IMG/VR virus record: IMGVR_UViG_3300025120_014916
Coordinates: 72,410 to 136,409 of that record
Reading direction: 5' to 3' (one strand)
Length of the DNA: 64,000 bases
Source of the DNA: a virus
Part shown: one piece after another, positions 46,969-56,087 of the stretch
Layout: each line of letters opens with the position of its first letter
How positions within the stretch are numbered: position 1 is the stretch's first letter
Program-made: the position numbers and the translations under genes
Notes under the pieces: generated by a model
Databases searched by the model: none
The model's input: only the letters and a program-made list of their open reading frames with translations
What the model was told of the DNA's origin: nothing

Positions 46969-48205
46969 GTATGACCAGCCTATCTATTTGTGAATATATA
47001 TTTTTTATACTGTTTACCTTTTTATTGACAAAATTTATCAAATTTTTTGGTAGATAATAGGCTGAACTATTAAGACTTACAACACAGAATACTTTATTTG
47101 AATGACCGGTCAACCTCATCATATAATCAACTTCTCTTATAAAGTCATTATTAGAATATAAAATTTCAGGTATAAATAGTTTAATTGACTTATTAGTAAA
47201 CCTCTTTATCCTTTTAGATAATAGTTTTTTACTTTCTTCGTGCACTGTTATTTTATTTAATTTATTACTAAGAAAAGATCGATGAATTACTAGATCCGCT
47301 TCCGAAGCAACAGGTTTTATTTTAAAACCTTTTTTATGAAATGTTATTTCTCGACCTACCGATAAATTGCTTCGAACAGCTTGTGATATTGTCTCTCCCG
47401 TCCTACTAGAAACAATATTATCTTTATGCAGGACTGCTATATCATTTAGTACATTTATTGTATTTTCATCAAATGTTATGATAATAGGCATAACTTCAAA
47501 CTTGCTATGTGAATTATTATGTTTTATTACATGACTTACTTCATCTGACATTCCAAAACAAAAAATTACATGAGGTACTTTTGTTTTATTTGCCTGGTCA
47601 AGTAAATGGTGTATTTCGCCTATTGATTCTACATACCCGTCAATTATGATAAACTTGTAATCACTCATTGTGTGGAAGTCTTTACCTCCTAAAAATGATG
47701 TGTCGTAATCTAGATCAAAATTAAGAACGTTCTTTTTTTCAACATATATATCTGTTAACTTACTACTATGAATACTAACAGTGTACTCGCGCGAAGCATT
47801 TTCAATAATCCATTTAAAAATGGATTTTAACTCTTTAAATTTAAAGCTATCAATAAAGTATTTTGATGAATCTTTGCAAAATAGATGTTTATCATAAATT
47901 TCTTTATTTTCTTTTGAAAAATACTTCTTAATAAAAAAGTCTCCCAAGTATGGGTATATCTTTTCACATTCAATAAATTCTTTTTTTAATAATAACTTTA
48001 ACTGTTCTTTGCACTCATTACCAGAAAAAGTATTTAAGTAGTTTAATGCTTGATCTGAAACTAAATTCATATCAGAGTAAAGACATTGCTGACTATTCCT
48101 TAGATCATCGAACATTATATTGCTTTCATCTAAGAAATTATCAACTTCCTTTCTATTAAAAACTTTTTTCTTTTTAGGAATCACGCCATAAGTTGTTTGC
48201 TGCAT
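46955..48205 (-). CDS. Degenerate GroEL/Cpn60-like protein lacking the GDGTTT motif
   Basis: KFIIIDGYVESIGEIHHLLDQANKTKVPHVIFCFGMSDEV...LNDIAVL..IVSSRTGETI parallels the GroEL apical domain; 416 aa; no ATP-binding loop. Confidence 0.75.
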   Translation of the reverse strand: MQQTTYGVIPKKKKVFNRKEVDNFLDESNIMFDDLRNSQQCLYSDMNLVSDQALNYLNTFSGNECKEQLKLLLKKEFIECEKIYPYLGDFFIKKYFSKENKEIYDKHLFCKDSSKYFIDSFKFKELKSIFKWIIENASREYTVSIHSSKLTDIYVEKKNVLNFDLDYDTSFLGGKDFHTMSDYKFIIIDGYVESIGEIHHLLDQANKTKVPHVIFCFGMSDEVSHVIKHNNSHSKFEVMPIIITFDENTINVLNDIAVLHKDNIVSSRTGETISQAVRSNLSVGREITFHKKGFKIKPVASEADLVIHRSFLSNKLNKITVHEESKKLLSKRIKRFTNKSIKLFIPEILYSNNDFIREVDYMMRLTGHSNKVFCVVSLNSSAYYLPKNLINFVNKKVNSIKNIYSQIDRLVIHAGN

Positions 48206-50102
48206 ATGTCAATATCTCTTCAGCTGAATTCTCATTGTAACCATATTCTTCCATTAGAGTTACAAGCATCTCGCTGTATCTTTTCTTTTGGTTGTCATCT
48301 CTTGATTTTGATTTTGTAACAATCCTGGAAATGTCCTTTACAGATGTAATAAGGTATTGTTCTACTGCATCTTTTAGAGGCCCATAAGATTTATAATCAA
48401 CTGTTTCTTTTCTTCGTAACTTAGAAAACATATAAGCAGTTACATCAGATCTAAAACCATCTCTAGCTGATCCGACCACACCAATCATCTCTTCAATAGA
48501 TTTCATGAATTTTTCATCAGGTTGTCTTTCTTCTCTGGTTATTTTGTCTTTAAATCTAGTCTTAGTTGTATAAGCCTCTGCGTTATCTAGATAAGAATCA
48601 AAAAGTGACTGCGCTTGTTCTTCGTAAGCTGTTATAAAAGCTTTCGCGATTTCTGTTTCTAGTATTCTTAAGTATTCTTCGCGAATAATCTTACCTAATA
48701 TCTCTGTGTATCTACTTTTTGCTTCTTCGTCAATTATTTGTTCTTTTACTTGTCTAGACAGCGAGTCAATAACATTTATAGGAGTTATCATGTTTTTATC
48801 AGAATCTGAAAGAGCTGCGTCCAATGCTTTCATGATAAATCTAGTTGAAATTCCTTCCATTCCTTCATGCTTAGCTTCGTCTTTTAAGTCTTTAATATCT
48901 ACTTTTTTAACACGACCTTTTTCTATAATTGCTTCACCATTATAGATTTTCATTTTAGTAAGTAGATCGCACTTATTTGATGGCTTAAGTCTACTCATAA
49001 CTGAAAACATGGAAGCTATTTTTAAAGCATGAGGTGCAATATGCGCTTTATTAAAGTCTGATTTTCTAATAACTTTTTCATAAATTTTCTGTTCTTGATC
49101 TAATTCTAAAACATAAGGTACTTCAATCTTTAACACCCTATCCAGAATAGCCTCGTTGGTGTGTTCAGATTTAAATCTGTTCCACTCTGATTCGTTGCAA
49201 TGTGATAATATTACGCCATCAAAGTAGATCATATCGTTCTTACCTGGGGAAGGTACACGCTTTTCTTGTGTTGCAGTTAACATTGTATGCAAGAATTCAA
49301 TTTCATTTTTAAATACTTCAACAAATTCAACGATACCGCGGTTACCAACGTTAAACGCACCGTTAAGAGATAGGACTCTGGGATCATCTTCTGGATAAAG
49401 ATCTAGTTTACTAATGTCTTCAGTTCCAATCAATACAGAGACATCCTGGGAGTTTGCATCCATAGGAGGCACCACAGCTATACCTCTGCGCCCTCTTTGA
49501 GAAAAAGTAGTCTGGGTGACTGGAAAATTTTCATATTTTCCATCAAATTCTGTCATAAGCCGGTGGCGACAAACTGGGCACAGATCACCTTCTAAATGTA
49601 CACCCAGAATATCTTCAAATTCTGACCTTAGTCCTCGAGGAAGTAAGTGAAGTGGCTCTTCTTTGATTGGACAACCTTCCAAGTGATAAAAAGGCTGGGA
49701 GGACTCTAAGGACCTTTTTACAGCTTCTACTAACGCAGATTTTCCGGCACCAACTGGACCCATGAGCAAAAGTACTTGCCGGCTTTCTTCACCTTTATGT
49801 GCTGCTGACTTTAAAAACCTCATCAGTTTGTTAATAACTGATTCCATTCCAAAAAACTCTTTTTCAAAATAGTCGTAAGTTCTAATCTTGTCACCATTAA
49901 ATATGTCTCTATATTGGTCTGAATCAACATCAACAGTATCCATTCCAAACTTTAAGATGGCTTCGTAAAGTCTTTTATGGGCAAGTTTAACTGTTTCCGG
50001 TTCTTCTTGTATGACTCTTAAGTAATCTAGAAAAGTTCCTTTAAACTTTTTATATTTTGAAGCTGATCTTTGTTTTTTGATCATATCTAAAAAATTGCTC
50101 AT
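48174..50102 (-). CDS. prkA: PrkA/YeaG AAA+ protein
   Basis: Walker A GPVGAGKS, LAHKRLY, CPIKEEPL, NRGIVEFVEVFK, HCNESEW, EGMEGISTRF, YGYNE.SA.EIL.YAANNLW. Confidence 0.95.
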   Translation of the reverse strand: MSNFLDMIKKQRSASKYKKFKGTFLDYLRVIQEEPETVKLAHKRLYEAILKFGMDTVDVDSDQYRDIFNGDKIRTYDYFEKEFFGMESVINKLMRFLKSAAHKGEESRQVLLLMGPVGAGKSALVEAVKRSLESSQPFYHLEGCPIKEEPLHLLPRGLRSEFEDILGVHLEGDLCPVCRHRLMTEFDGKYENFPVTQTTFSQRGRRGIAVVPPMDANSQDVSVLIGTEDISKLDLYPEDDPRVLSLNGAFNVGNRGIVEFVEVFKNEIEFLHTMLTATQEKRVPSPGKNDMIYFDGVILSHCNESEWNRFKSEHTNEAILDRVLKIEVPYVLELDQEQKIYEKVIRKSDFNKAHIAPHALKIASMFSVMSRLKPSNKCDLLTKMKIYNGEAIIEKGRVKKVDIKDLKDEAKHEGMEGISTRFIMKALDAALSDSDKNMITPINVIDSLSRQVKEQIIDEEAKSRYTEILGKIIREEYLRILETEIAKAFITAYEEQAQSLFDSYLDNAEAYTTKTRFKDKITREERQPDEKFMKSIEEMIGVVGSARDGFRSDVTAYMFSKLRRKETVDYKSYGPLKDAVEQYLITSVKDISRIVTKSKSRDDNQKKRYSEMLVTLMEEYGYNENSAEEILTYAANNLWRDS

Positions 50103-50141
50103 TGTTTCCTCTTTTAATCTATGCTGTTATACATTTAGTAT

Positions 50142-50170
50142 ATTATACTGTTGTTAATGAATTGTTTAAA
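50142..50170 (-). promoter_or_regulatory. Candidate internal sigma70 promoter TTTAAA-N17-TATAAT for prkA
   Basis: Read on the minus strand; AAGAGGA RBS follows. Confidence 0.5.
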
Positions 50171-51497
50171 TTTCCCATACATCATTTTCAATAATTGTAA
50201 ATAATTTTACATCGCCTTCTTGCCATAAATGCCTTATGCTTTCCACTACATTGTCTGCATAGTCCAGATCTAGGTCGCGGCCATCATGTTCATGCTTTAA
50301 AACCAAAGTTCCGTCTGAGTCGATTCTATCTACATAGATGTGTGGTATTGTATTGACGCCTGTATTTTTGATCATTTCGCTTCTTACTATTTGCCATTCC
50401 TCTTGATCTGATACTTCTGCTATGAATATATCGCCATTCTTCTTTCTTTCGTAAGCAAACATGTTTAATTCTCTAAAATCTTCTTCTTCTAGGAATAATC
50501 TAATTGCTGATACATCATCATGTATTTCTCTAACTTCAAAACATTTTTCTAATCCAAACTCTTTTTCAAGTTTTTGGAATATATAGAAACCTACGTGATA
50601 GGGGTTAACTCCCCCAATATGTGGCCGGACAACTGCATTGTGCATTTTAAGAAAAGGAACATGCATTCCATCATCTAGTTGAAGTTCATGTAGAATTTTG
50701 TAATGCCAAAAAGATGCCCAGCCTTCATTTAATATTTTTGTTTTTATCTGGGGCATAAAATAATGACTTTCATCTTTAACTATTTCAATTAAGTCTAATT
50801 GCCATTTTTCATAGCCGCGACTATACTCTAATAAAAAAGATAATAAATCATGATCTTGTTTAAGCAATCTTTTATTTAAAACATTGTAGTCTAATAATAT
50901 TCCTTTTTCTTTATAAATGTTAAATCTATCAATCTCTGCTGTTTTAATTTCTGATTTTGATCTTCTGGGAATTCCGTACCTTTCTGTTTGAAACCTGACA
51001 GTGTGTAAACTATCTAAAAACTTTTCTACTTTCTCTTGACCTATATTAGGATCTTCGGTGTACTCTTGAATTCTACGTTTAGCATTTCTCATTTTAGAAA
51101 CTATGGTTTCCGGATCTGTTTTACTAAAACATCTATTATTTTTAAAAAAGTCACTATGACCTACGCAATGAGCCATAATCAAGACTTGCAAATAAAAATC
51201 ATTTTGTAGCATTAAATAAGCTATTGAAGGATTTGAGTTAATGATTAATTCATAAGGAAGACCACTTTGACCCATATTATACATAAAGTGTGTTTTTTCA
51301 AATGATTTACCATAAGACCAGTGATTATAGTGACTAGGCATTCCATGATATGCCATATGTCCAATCATTTCATAATAGTCACAAATTTCATAATTAATAG
51401 GATACCAGTCTAGATCATATTTTTTTGCAATTTCGCATATCTTATCATCAAATACTTTAAGGTCTTCTATTTTATACTTATCTTTATTGAACTTCAT
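50166..51497 (-). CDS. spoVR: SpoVR/YcgB family protein
   Basis: GMPSHYNHWSYGK, YELIINSNPSIAYL, MAHCVGHSDFFKNN, TKILNEGWASFWH, NPYHVG, HDGRDL; start at ATG 51497 behind GGTGG. Confidence 0.93.
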   Translation of the reverse strand: MKFNKDKYKIEDLKVFDDKICEIAKKYDLDWYPINYEICDYYEMIGHMAYHGMPSHYNHWSYGKSFEKTHFMYNMGQSGLPYELIINSNPSIAYLMLQNDFYLQVLIMAHCVGHSDFFKNNRCFSKTDPETIVSKMRNAKRRIQEYTEDPNIGQEKVEKFLDSLHTVRFQTERYGIPRRSKSEIKTAEIDRFNIYKEKGILLDYNVLNKRLLKQDHDLLSFLLEYSRGYEKWQLDLIEIVKDESHYFMPQIKTKILNEGWASFWHYKILHELQLDDGMHVPFLKMHNAVVRPHIGGVNPYHVGFYIFQKLEKEFGLEKCFEVREIHDDVSAIRLFLEEEDFRELNMFAYERKKNGDIFIAEVSDQEEWQIVRSEMIKNTGVNTIPHIYVDRIDSDGTLVLKHEHDGRDLDLDYADNVVESIRHLWQEGDVKLFTIIENDVWEI

Positions 51498-52656
51498 ATT
51501 TACCACCAAGAAGTCTAGAAAACTCAGGCCAGATATCTTTTTTACCTGAGACTTTTACCACCTTAAAACTATCTGATGACAGTGGCTCGAATACTTTTGC
51601 CATTTCTTCTCCCCACATAGATTCTTTCTGGCCTTTTATTTGAATATAACCAGATAATTGACTAAGATTAATTAATCTTTCCATATAATCTACTGCTTTA
51701 ACATTGTCTTCTTTCCAGTTTTCACCATCTGAGCAGTGGAAAGTATATATATTCCAAGCGCTTGGGGAATATCTTTCATTTACAATATCATGTGCCATTT
51801 TAAGACCGGAGCTTATGTAAGTACCACCCGATGAACCTTTTTTAAAAAAATCATCTTCGTTAACTTCTTGAGCTTCTGTTGAGTGAGAAATAAATACTGT
51901 TTCAATATTTTGATATCTATACCTTATAAACTGATATAGTAAGAAAAAGAACGATCTGGCCAAATATTTTTTAGTTTTTGTCATTGAACCTGACGTGTCC
52001 ATTATGAAAAATATTACTGCACTAGTAACCGGTTTTTTAGTAACCTCTATGTGCTTATATTTCAAATCATCATCATGAAAAGTAAATCTTTCATCACCTT
52101 CCGGATCGTGTGTACCGTTTCTTATTGCAGCTTTTTTTCTTCTTATCTTATTTTTAAGTGTTTCTTTTTTTGAAAGTCTAGGTCTTATCCCTTTTGTTCT
52201 ATATCCTTTTCTTTTTACTTTTTCAGAAAATATTTCTGCAGATTTCTTTTTAACTAGATCAGGCAAGTCTAAATCATCAAATAGATACTGGGCTAGTTCA
52301 TCTAAAGATACTTCAACATCATAGTAGTCTTCGCCCTTTTCGTTTCCCGGCTTATCAGGGTCTCCTTTACCTTTTTGTTTTTGTCCTTCTTTTATCTTCT
52401 GACCCTTTTTAATATCAGATCCAGGTGCAGCACCTACCCCCTTAGATCCGTTTCCTTGATCGTAAATGAATCTGTATTCTTTCATACCTCTTACAGGTAT
52501 CTTAATCTTCTTTTTTCCACTCTTTCCTATAATGCTTTCTTCAGCTATAATATCATGAATGCCTTCTTTGATAGCTTTATCTATTTTTTCTTTATGTCTT
52601 CTTCTATCTGATGCTGATCGATCAGCATTAGTATTGTGTTTTTTAAATATTGACAT
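51484..52656 (-). CDS. yeaH: YeaH/YhbH (DUF444) VWA-domain protein
   Basis: DRRRHKEKI..AIKE, FDDLDLP, DDLKYK, FIMDTSGSM (MIDAS), SGGTYISS, WNIYTFHCSDGENW. Confidence 0.93.
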   Translation of the reverse strand: MSIFKKHNTNADRSASDRRRHKEKIDKAIKEGIHDIIAEESIIGKSGKKKIKIPVRGMKEYRFIYDQGNGSKGVGAAPGSDIKKGQKIKEGQKQKGKGDPDKPGNEKGEDYYDVEVSLDELAQYLFDDLDLPDLVKKKSAEIFSEKVKRKGYRTKGIRPRLSKKETLKNKIRRKKAAIRNGTHDPEGDERFTFHDDDLKYKHIEVTKKPVTSAVIFFIMDTSGSMTKTKKYLARSFFFLLYQFIRYRYQNIETVFISHSTEAQEVNEDDFFKKGSSGGTYISSGLKMAHDIVNERYSPSAWNIYTFHCSDGENWKEDNVKAVDYMERLINLSQLSGYIQIKGQKESMWGEEMAKVFEPLSSDSFKVVKVSGKKDIWPEFSRLLGGKYEVQ

Positions 52657-52742
52657 TAATAAATTACCTCTCTATGCTATAATTATACCTATAATTATTA
52701 TGAGGTATATAGAAATTTATGAATAATGAATTATTATGTATA

Positions 52743-52766
52743 ATAAAAGTACATATGTACATTTAT
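52743..52766. repeat. 24-bp near-perfect palindrome in a divergent intergenic region
   Basis: ATAAAA-GTACATATGTAC-ATTTAT; perfect 12-bp core, 11 of 12 arm pairs match. Confidence 0.7.
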
Positions 52767-52834
52767 AAAAATACTTTAAAGAATAATTATATTTAAATGT
52801 TAGGATAATAAAATTAATCTAGGAATAAGTTGAG

Positions 52835-53608
52835 ATGAAAGACATTAATATACTAAACACAATTTTAAAAGATTTACAAAAATTAAATGAAAAAAAGAAA
52901 AAATTATCAAAGAAGCAAATGAAAATTGCACAAGCTGCACCACCTCCTGACGAAATAACAGGAGCAGACTTTAAAGCACTTAATAAGAATGAAGATAGGG
53001 ATCTAGATCCTGGATATAAGCCGGGCAGAAGCCCGGGTGAACAGGATAAATTAAAAAAGGCAACAGCTGCTTACAGAAAAGCTGTTAAGACACCCGGAAA
53101 AGCTGATGATAATAAAGCCATTAAAGCTCGAAATAAGGTTGCCGAAAGCAAAACTATAAAAATAGACCCAGATATTATTCGTGAGTATATTGAGGAGTTA
53201 ATAGAAGAACAGAAACTATATGCTGCACTTGAAGAAGTTTATCAAATTGAAGACGCTGAGTCAGAAATAAGAGATCTTTTAGAATATTCAGAAATTAGTG
53301 ACTTGGATGAAAAAAAGCGTCGCAAAAAAAGAAAGAAGCGCAAAAAAAGAAAATCAACAAAATCAGGTCGTACGCTTTCTAAGCCAACTAAAAAATCGCT
53401 TGATAAAAAGGCAGATCGTAGGTGTTTGACTAGAGGATCTGTTTATGCAGAATTTAGAGCAGGTTTGGGTGCTTATTACACCTCAGGTTCTAGAAAGGGA
53501 ATGACTCCACAACAATGGGCCCATGCTAGAGTTAATTCTGCGAACCCAAATAAGTCATGGGCTAAAGTTAAAAAGCGTAAAAAGTGCCCTAAAAAGAAAA
53601 AGAAATAA
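52835..53608 (+). CDS. Basic multi-module protein with a C-terminal DUF5824-like domain
   Basis: C-terminal RAGLGAYYTSGSRKGMTPQQWAHARVNS; Lys/Arg tract KKRRKKRKKRKKRK; APPPDEITGADF motif. Confidence 0.55.
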   Translation: MKDINILNTILKDLQKLNEKKKKLSKKQMKIAQAAPPPDEITGADFKALNKNEDRDLDPGYKPGRSPGEQDKLKKATAAYRKAVKTPGKADDNKAIKARNKVAESKTIKIDPDIIREYIEELIEEQKLYAALEEVYQIEDAESEIRDLLEYSEISDLDEKKRRKKRKKRKKRKSTKSGRTLSKPTKKSLDKKADRRCLTRGSVYAEFRAGLGAYYTSGSRKGMTPQQWAHARVNSANPNKSWAKVKKRKKCPKKKKK

Positions 53609-53610
53609 TA

Positions 53611-54318
53611 TTATAGATCGCTAAGATTTTGATCTTCAATATTGTTCATTGTATCGAAAAGTTTTTGTAAAAGGCCTTGACTTCTAAGTACCTTATATAT
53701 GATATTCTCATCAGATAACTCTCCTGCCTTTTCAAGACCTGATGCTCTCATTTTCTTAAGTTTTTTAATCATTTTTACTATATCAGTAGTCGAGGACTTT
53801 TTTATGGAATCTTTTAAGATACTATTAATCTCTTTAGCAACCTTTTTTGATCCTCTTTCTATGCTTTTAATATCAATACCGCTCTTAAACTTTTTAGGTT
53901 TGACTACCCACTCATCTTCTTCTACACTATATACTCCTGAAGATGAGTGTGGTTCATTTGTGTCTTGTGGATACAATTCAACTTCTATACCTTTAAGTTC
54001 TATGTCATGCCTGTCATTCCAGAAAGATTTTTTTGCATTAAAAAATTCTTTTACCAGGTCTTCATCTTCATTTAGAGATGACATGTCTACTAGTATATGT
54101 AAGTCAATATCACTAAATACAGTGTAGTTGTAATTTGCATAAGATCCTGTCATTGTAATGTCGACAACGTCTATAGGGATTCCTAGATAGTCAATAAATG
54201 CGTCTGATATTTTAAGTAATGCTTTCCTAAATTCGGGAAGCATTTCCTCTCCTATCCATACTTTTTTACTTAGTTGATTATGAGGCAAGTGAGATTTTAT
54301 TGTTTTCTTGATGTTCAT
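53611..54318 (-). CDS. Pol-beta-superfamily nucleotidyltransferase
   Basis: MTGSYANYNY..SDIDLHIL (GS, DxD), third acidic residue in VELYPQD. Confidence 0.85.
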   Translation of the reverse strand: MNIKKTIKSHLPHNQLSKKVWIGEEMLPEFRKALLKISDAFIDYLGIPIDVVDITMTGSYANYNYTVFSDIDLHILVDMSSLNEDEDLVKEFFNAKKSFWNDRHDIELKGIEVELYPQDTNEPHSSSGVYSVEEDEWVVKPKKFKSGIDIKSIERGSKKVAKEINSILKDSIKKSSTTDIVKMIKKLKKMRASGLEKAGELSDENIIYKVLRSQGLLQKLFDTMNNIEDQNLSDL

Positions 54319-55237
54319 TTATCCAATCCTTCCTGTATTTCATTAAAGCTTTTTCTTTAGCTTTAGCTTCAATAACAATATCGAGTCTATGTCCGTAATT
54401 TTCTATCTTATCATAAATATAGTCTGAATGGGCATTCAGCACTTTCTTTTTTCCTTCTTTGAGACATGCTGACTCAGAGTAGTGACACGTTGGTACAATT
54501 TCTCCCCACGTCGACACAGCGATGGCAAGCGCATCTTTTTCGCTAATGCCGCCACTCCGAAACTTGTGATGATGATAATCAAATACAATCGGGCAGCCGG
54601 TATTTTTGTAGACTCCTTCATAAAGATCCTGTGTTGAAAATAAGTTTGGTCTATCGTCGTTTTCTATAGTCAGTCTAGATTTTACACTGTCATTGAGTAA
54701 ATTAAAGTTTTTGCAAAATCGCTCCATTGCACTTTTACGATCCCCATACGAAGCGCCTATATGAATATTTATTTTTGCATTATGATTTCGTGGCATTCCC
54801 ATAGTATCCATAATCTTACCGTGAATAGAAAGGTCAACAATACTGTTTGCAACAACATATTCTTTGTTTGAAGAAAGAATATTAAAAGGCCCGGGATGAA
54901 AAGATAAACGTATGCCATTTTCTTTTGCATAGTCACCTGCTCTTTTAAGATTATAAGCAATTTTTTCCCATTGCTGCAAATCTTCTAACATATATTCAGA
55001 TGCCCATGGAAATAAGCAGGATGACATTCTAAAGACTTTTATGTTGTGCCTTTGATTCCACATAAGGATAGGTAAAATGTCCCTTGTATTTAATTCTGCT
55101 AGCTCAGATGCATATTCTACGCCCTTAGCTTTAAACGTTCTTTTTATCATACTTCTATTTGTTGTGATCCTTTGCTTTTTAGGTCTTTCTGACAGTTCCA
55201 TGCATATGCATGCGTAGCCTAGTTGAATTTTTGACAT
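54278..55237 (-). CDS. uvsE: UV-damage endonuclease
   Basis: LGYACI, FRMSSCLFPWA, RLSFHPGPFNIL, NIHIGA, RLTIENDD, IVFDYHH, CHYSES, AHSDYI, IEAKAKEKAL. Confidence 0.93.
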   Translation of the reverse strand: MSKIQLGYACICMELSERPKKQRITTNRSMIKRTFKAKGVEYASELAELNTRDILPILMWNQRHNIKVFRMSSCLFPWASEYMLEDLQQWEKIAYNLKRAGDYAKENGIRLSFHPGPFNILSSNKEYVVANSIVDLSIHGKIMDTMGMPRNHNAKINIHIGASYGDRKSAMERFCKNFNLLNDSVKSRLTIENDDRPNLFSTQDLYEGVYKNTGCPIVFDYHHHKFRSGGISEKDALAIAVSTWGEIVPTCHYSESACLKEGKKKVLNAHSDYIYDKIENYGHRLDIVIEAKAKEKALMKYRKDWINEHQENNKISLAS

Positions 55238-55298
55238 AAAGTATCTCCTTTAGTGATATGTATTTAATAGACGGGGGTCTAGTTTTAGGGGTTAGTAA

Positions 55299-56078
55299 GT
55301 GAAAAAAATAAAAATAATGAGGGGTATTATGTTTGGTTTTATTATAATCCTTTTCATATTTGGTTGCATGAATATGAAAAGTGATAACGTAAGCAAAGGT
55401 GTAGAAAACTACTTTAATAAAAGTGTTGATAATAGATATAAAATTGGCATTGACAATTTTGTTTATATGGTTAAAAAACATCAACTAGATATTGGTTGTG
55501 AAGGCATGACAGATATTCCTGTTTGCATACCCGTCATAACATCAACTGCATCCGGTTTAGTTTTTTCATCAGATGATAATTCAGTTTTTATATTAACAGC
55601 AGCTCACTTTTGCAAAAGAAATATCATACCCGGTGCATCTGAACAAATCACGGGAATAGCTAAAGATCAAGAGCGACCATTATCAATACTTGCAACTAAT
55701 GAAGAAGCTGACATATGCCTTCTAATGGGTGTAAGATACGCAAATGAAACCTTCAATCAGATCATTTTAAAATTTGAAGAACCTAACTTAGGTTCAGATG
55801 TATATACTGTAGCGGGTCCTAACGGAGTAGGCGGACCCGGGTTTCGTCCGGTATTTACTGGAAAATTTGCCGGATGCGATAAAAAAAATTGCATGTCAAC
55901 ACTTCCTGCAACCTTTGGATCGAGTGGTGCTGGAATATATACAAAAGATGGAAGGCTTATTACCATAGTAATGGCAGTTACAGAAGGATTTGAAAACTTA
56001 ATATTAAGTCCGTCACAAAAAGACTTACAAAAATTTATTCTTACTATTGATAGTGCGGTAGATATTTATTCTTACTAG
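55299..56078 (+). CDS. Trypsin-like (S1) serine protease with an N-terminal membrane or lipoprotein signal
   Basis: ILTAAHFC, DICLL, FGSSGAGI; hydrophobic leader ending FGC. Confidence 0.85.
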   Translation: MKKIKIMRGIMFGFIIILFIFGCMNMKSDNVSKGVENYFNKSVDNRYKIGIDNFVYMVKKHQLDIGCEGMTDIPVCIPVITSTASGLVFSSDDNSVFILTAAHFCKRNIIPGASEQITGIAKDQERPLSILATNEEADICLLMGVRYANETFNQIILKFEEPNLGSDVYTVAGPNGVGGPGFRPVFTGKFAGCDKKNCMSTLPATFGSSGAGIYTKDGRLITIVMAVTEGFENLILSPSQKDLQKFILTIDSAVDIYSY

Positions 56079-56087
56079 AGGTTAAAT

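Noticed and set aside
44274-50102. Inteins or introns in PhoH or PrkA
   Set aside because: Lengths match the families and no splicing or homing-endonuclease motifs are seen.
52665-52709. Anti-SD hairpin (TACCTC pairing with the yeaH GAGGTA RBS) as a translational switch
   Set aside because: Only 6 bp with a 31-nt loop, and a competing AT-rich local hairpin exists; too weak to claim without folding or probing data.
55272-55280. GGGGGTCT shared with the 62405-62412 element
   Set aside because: A single 8-mer match with no surrounding similarity.
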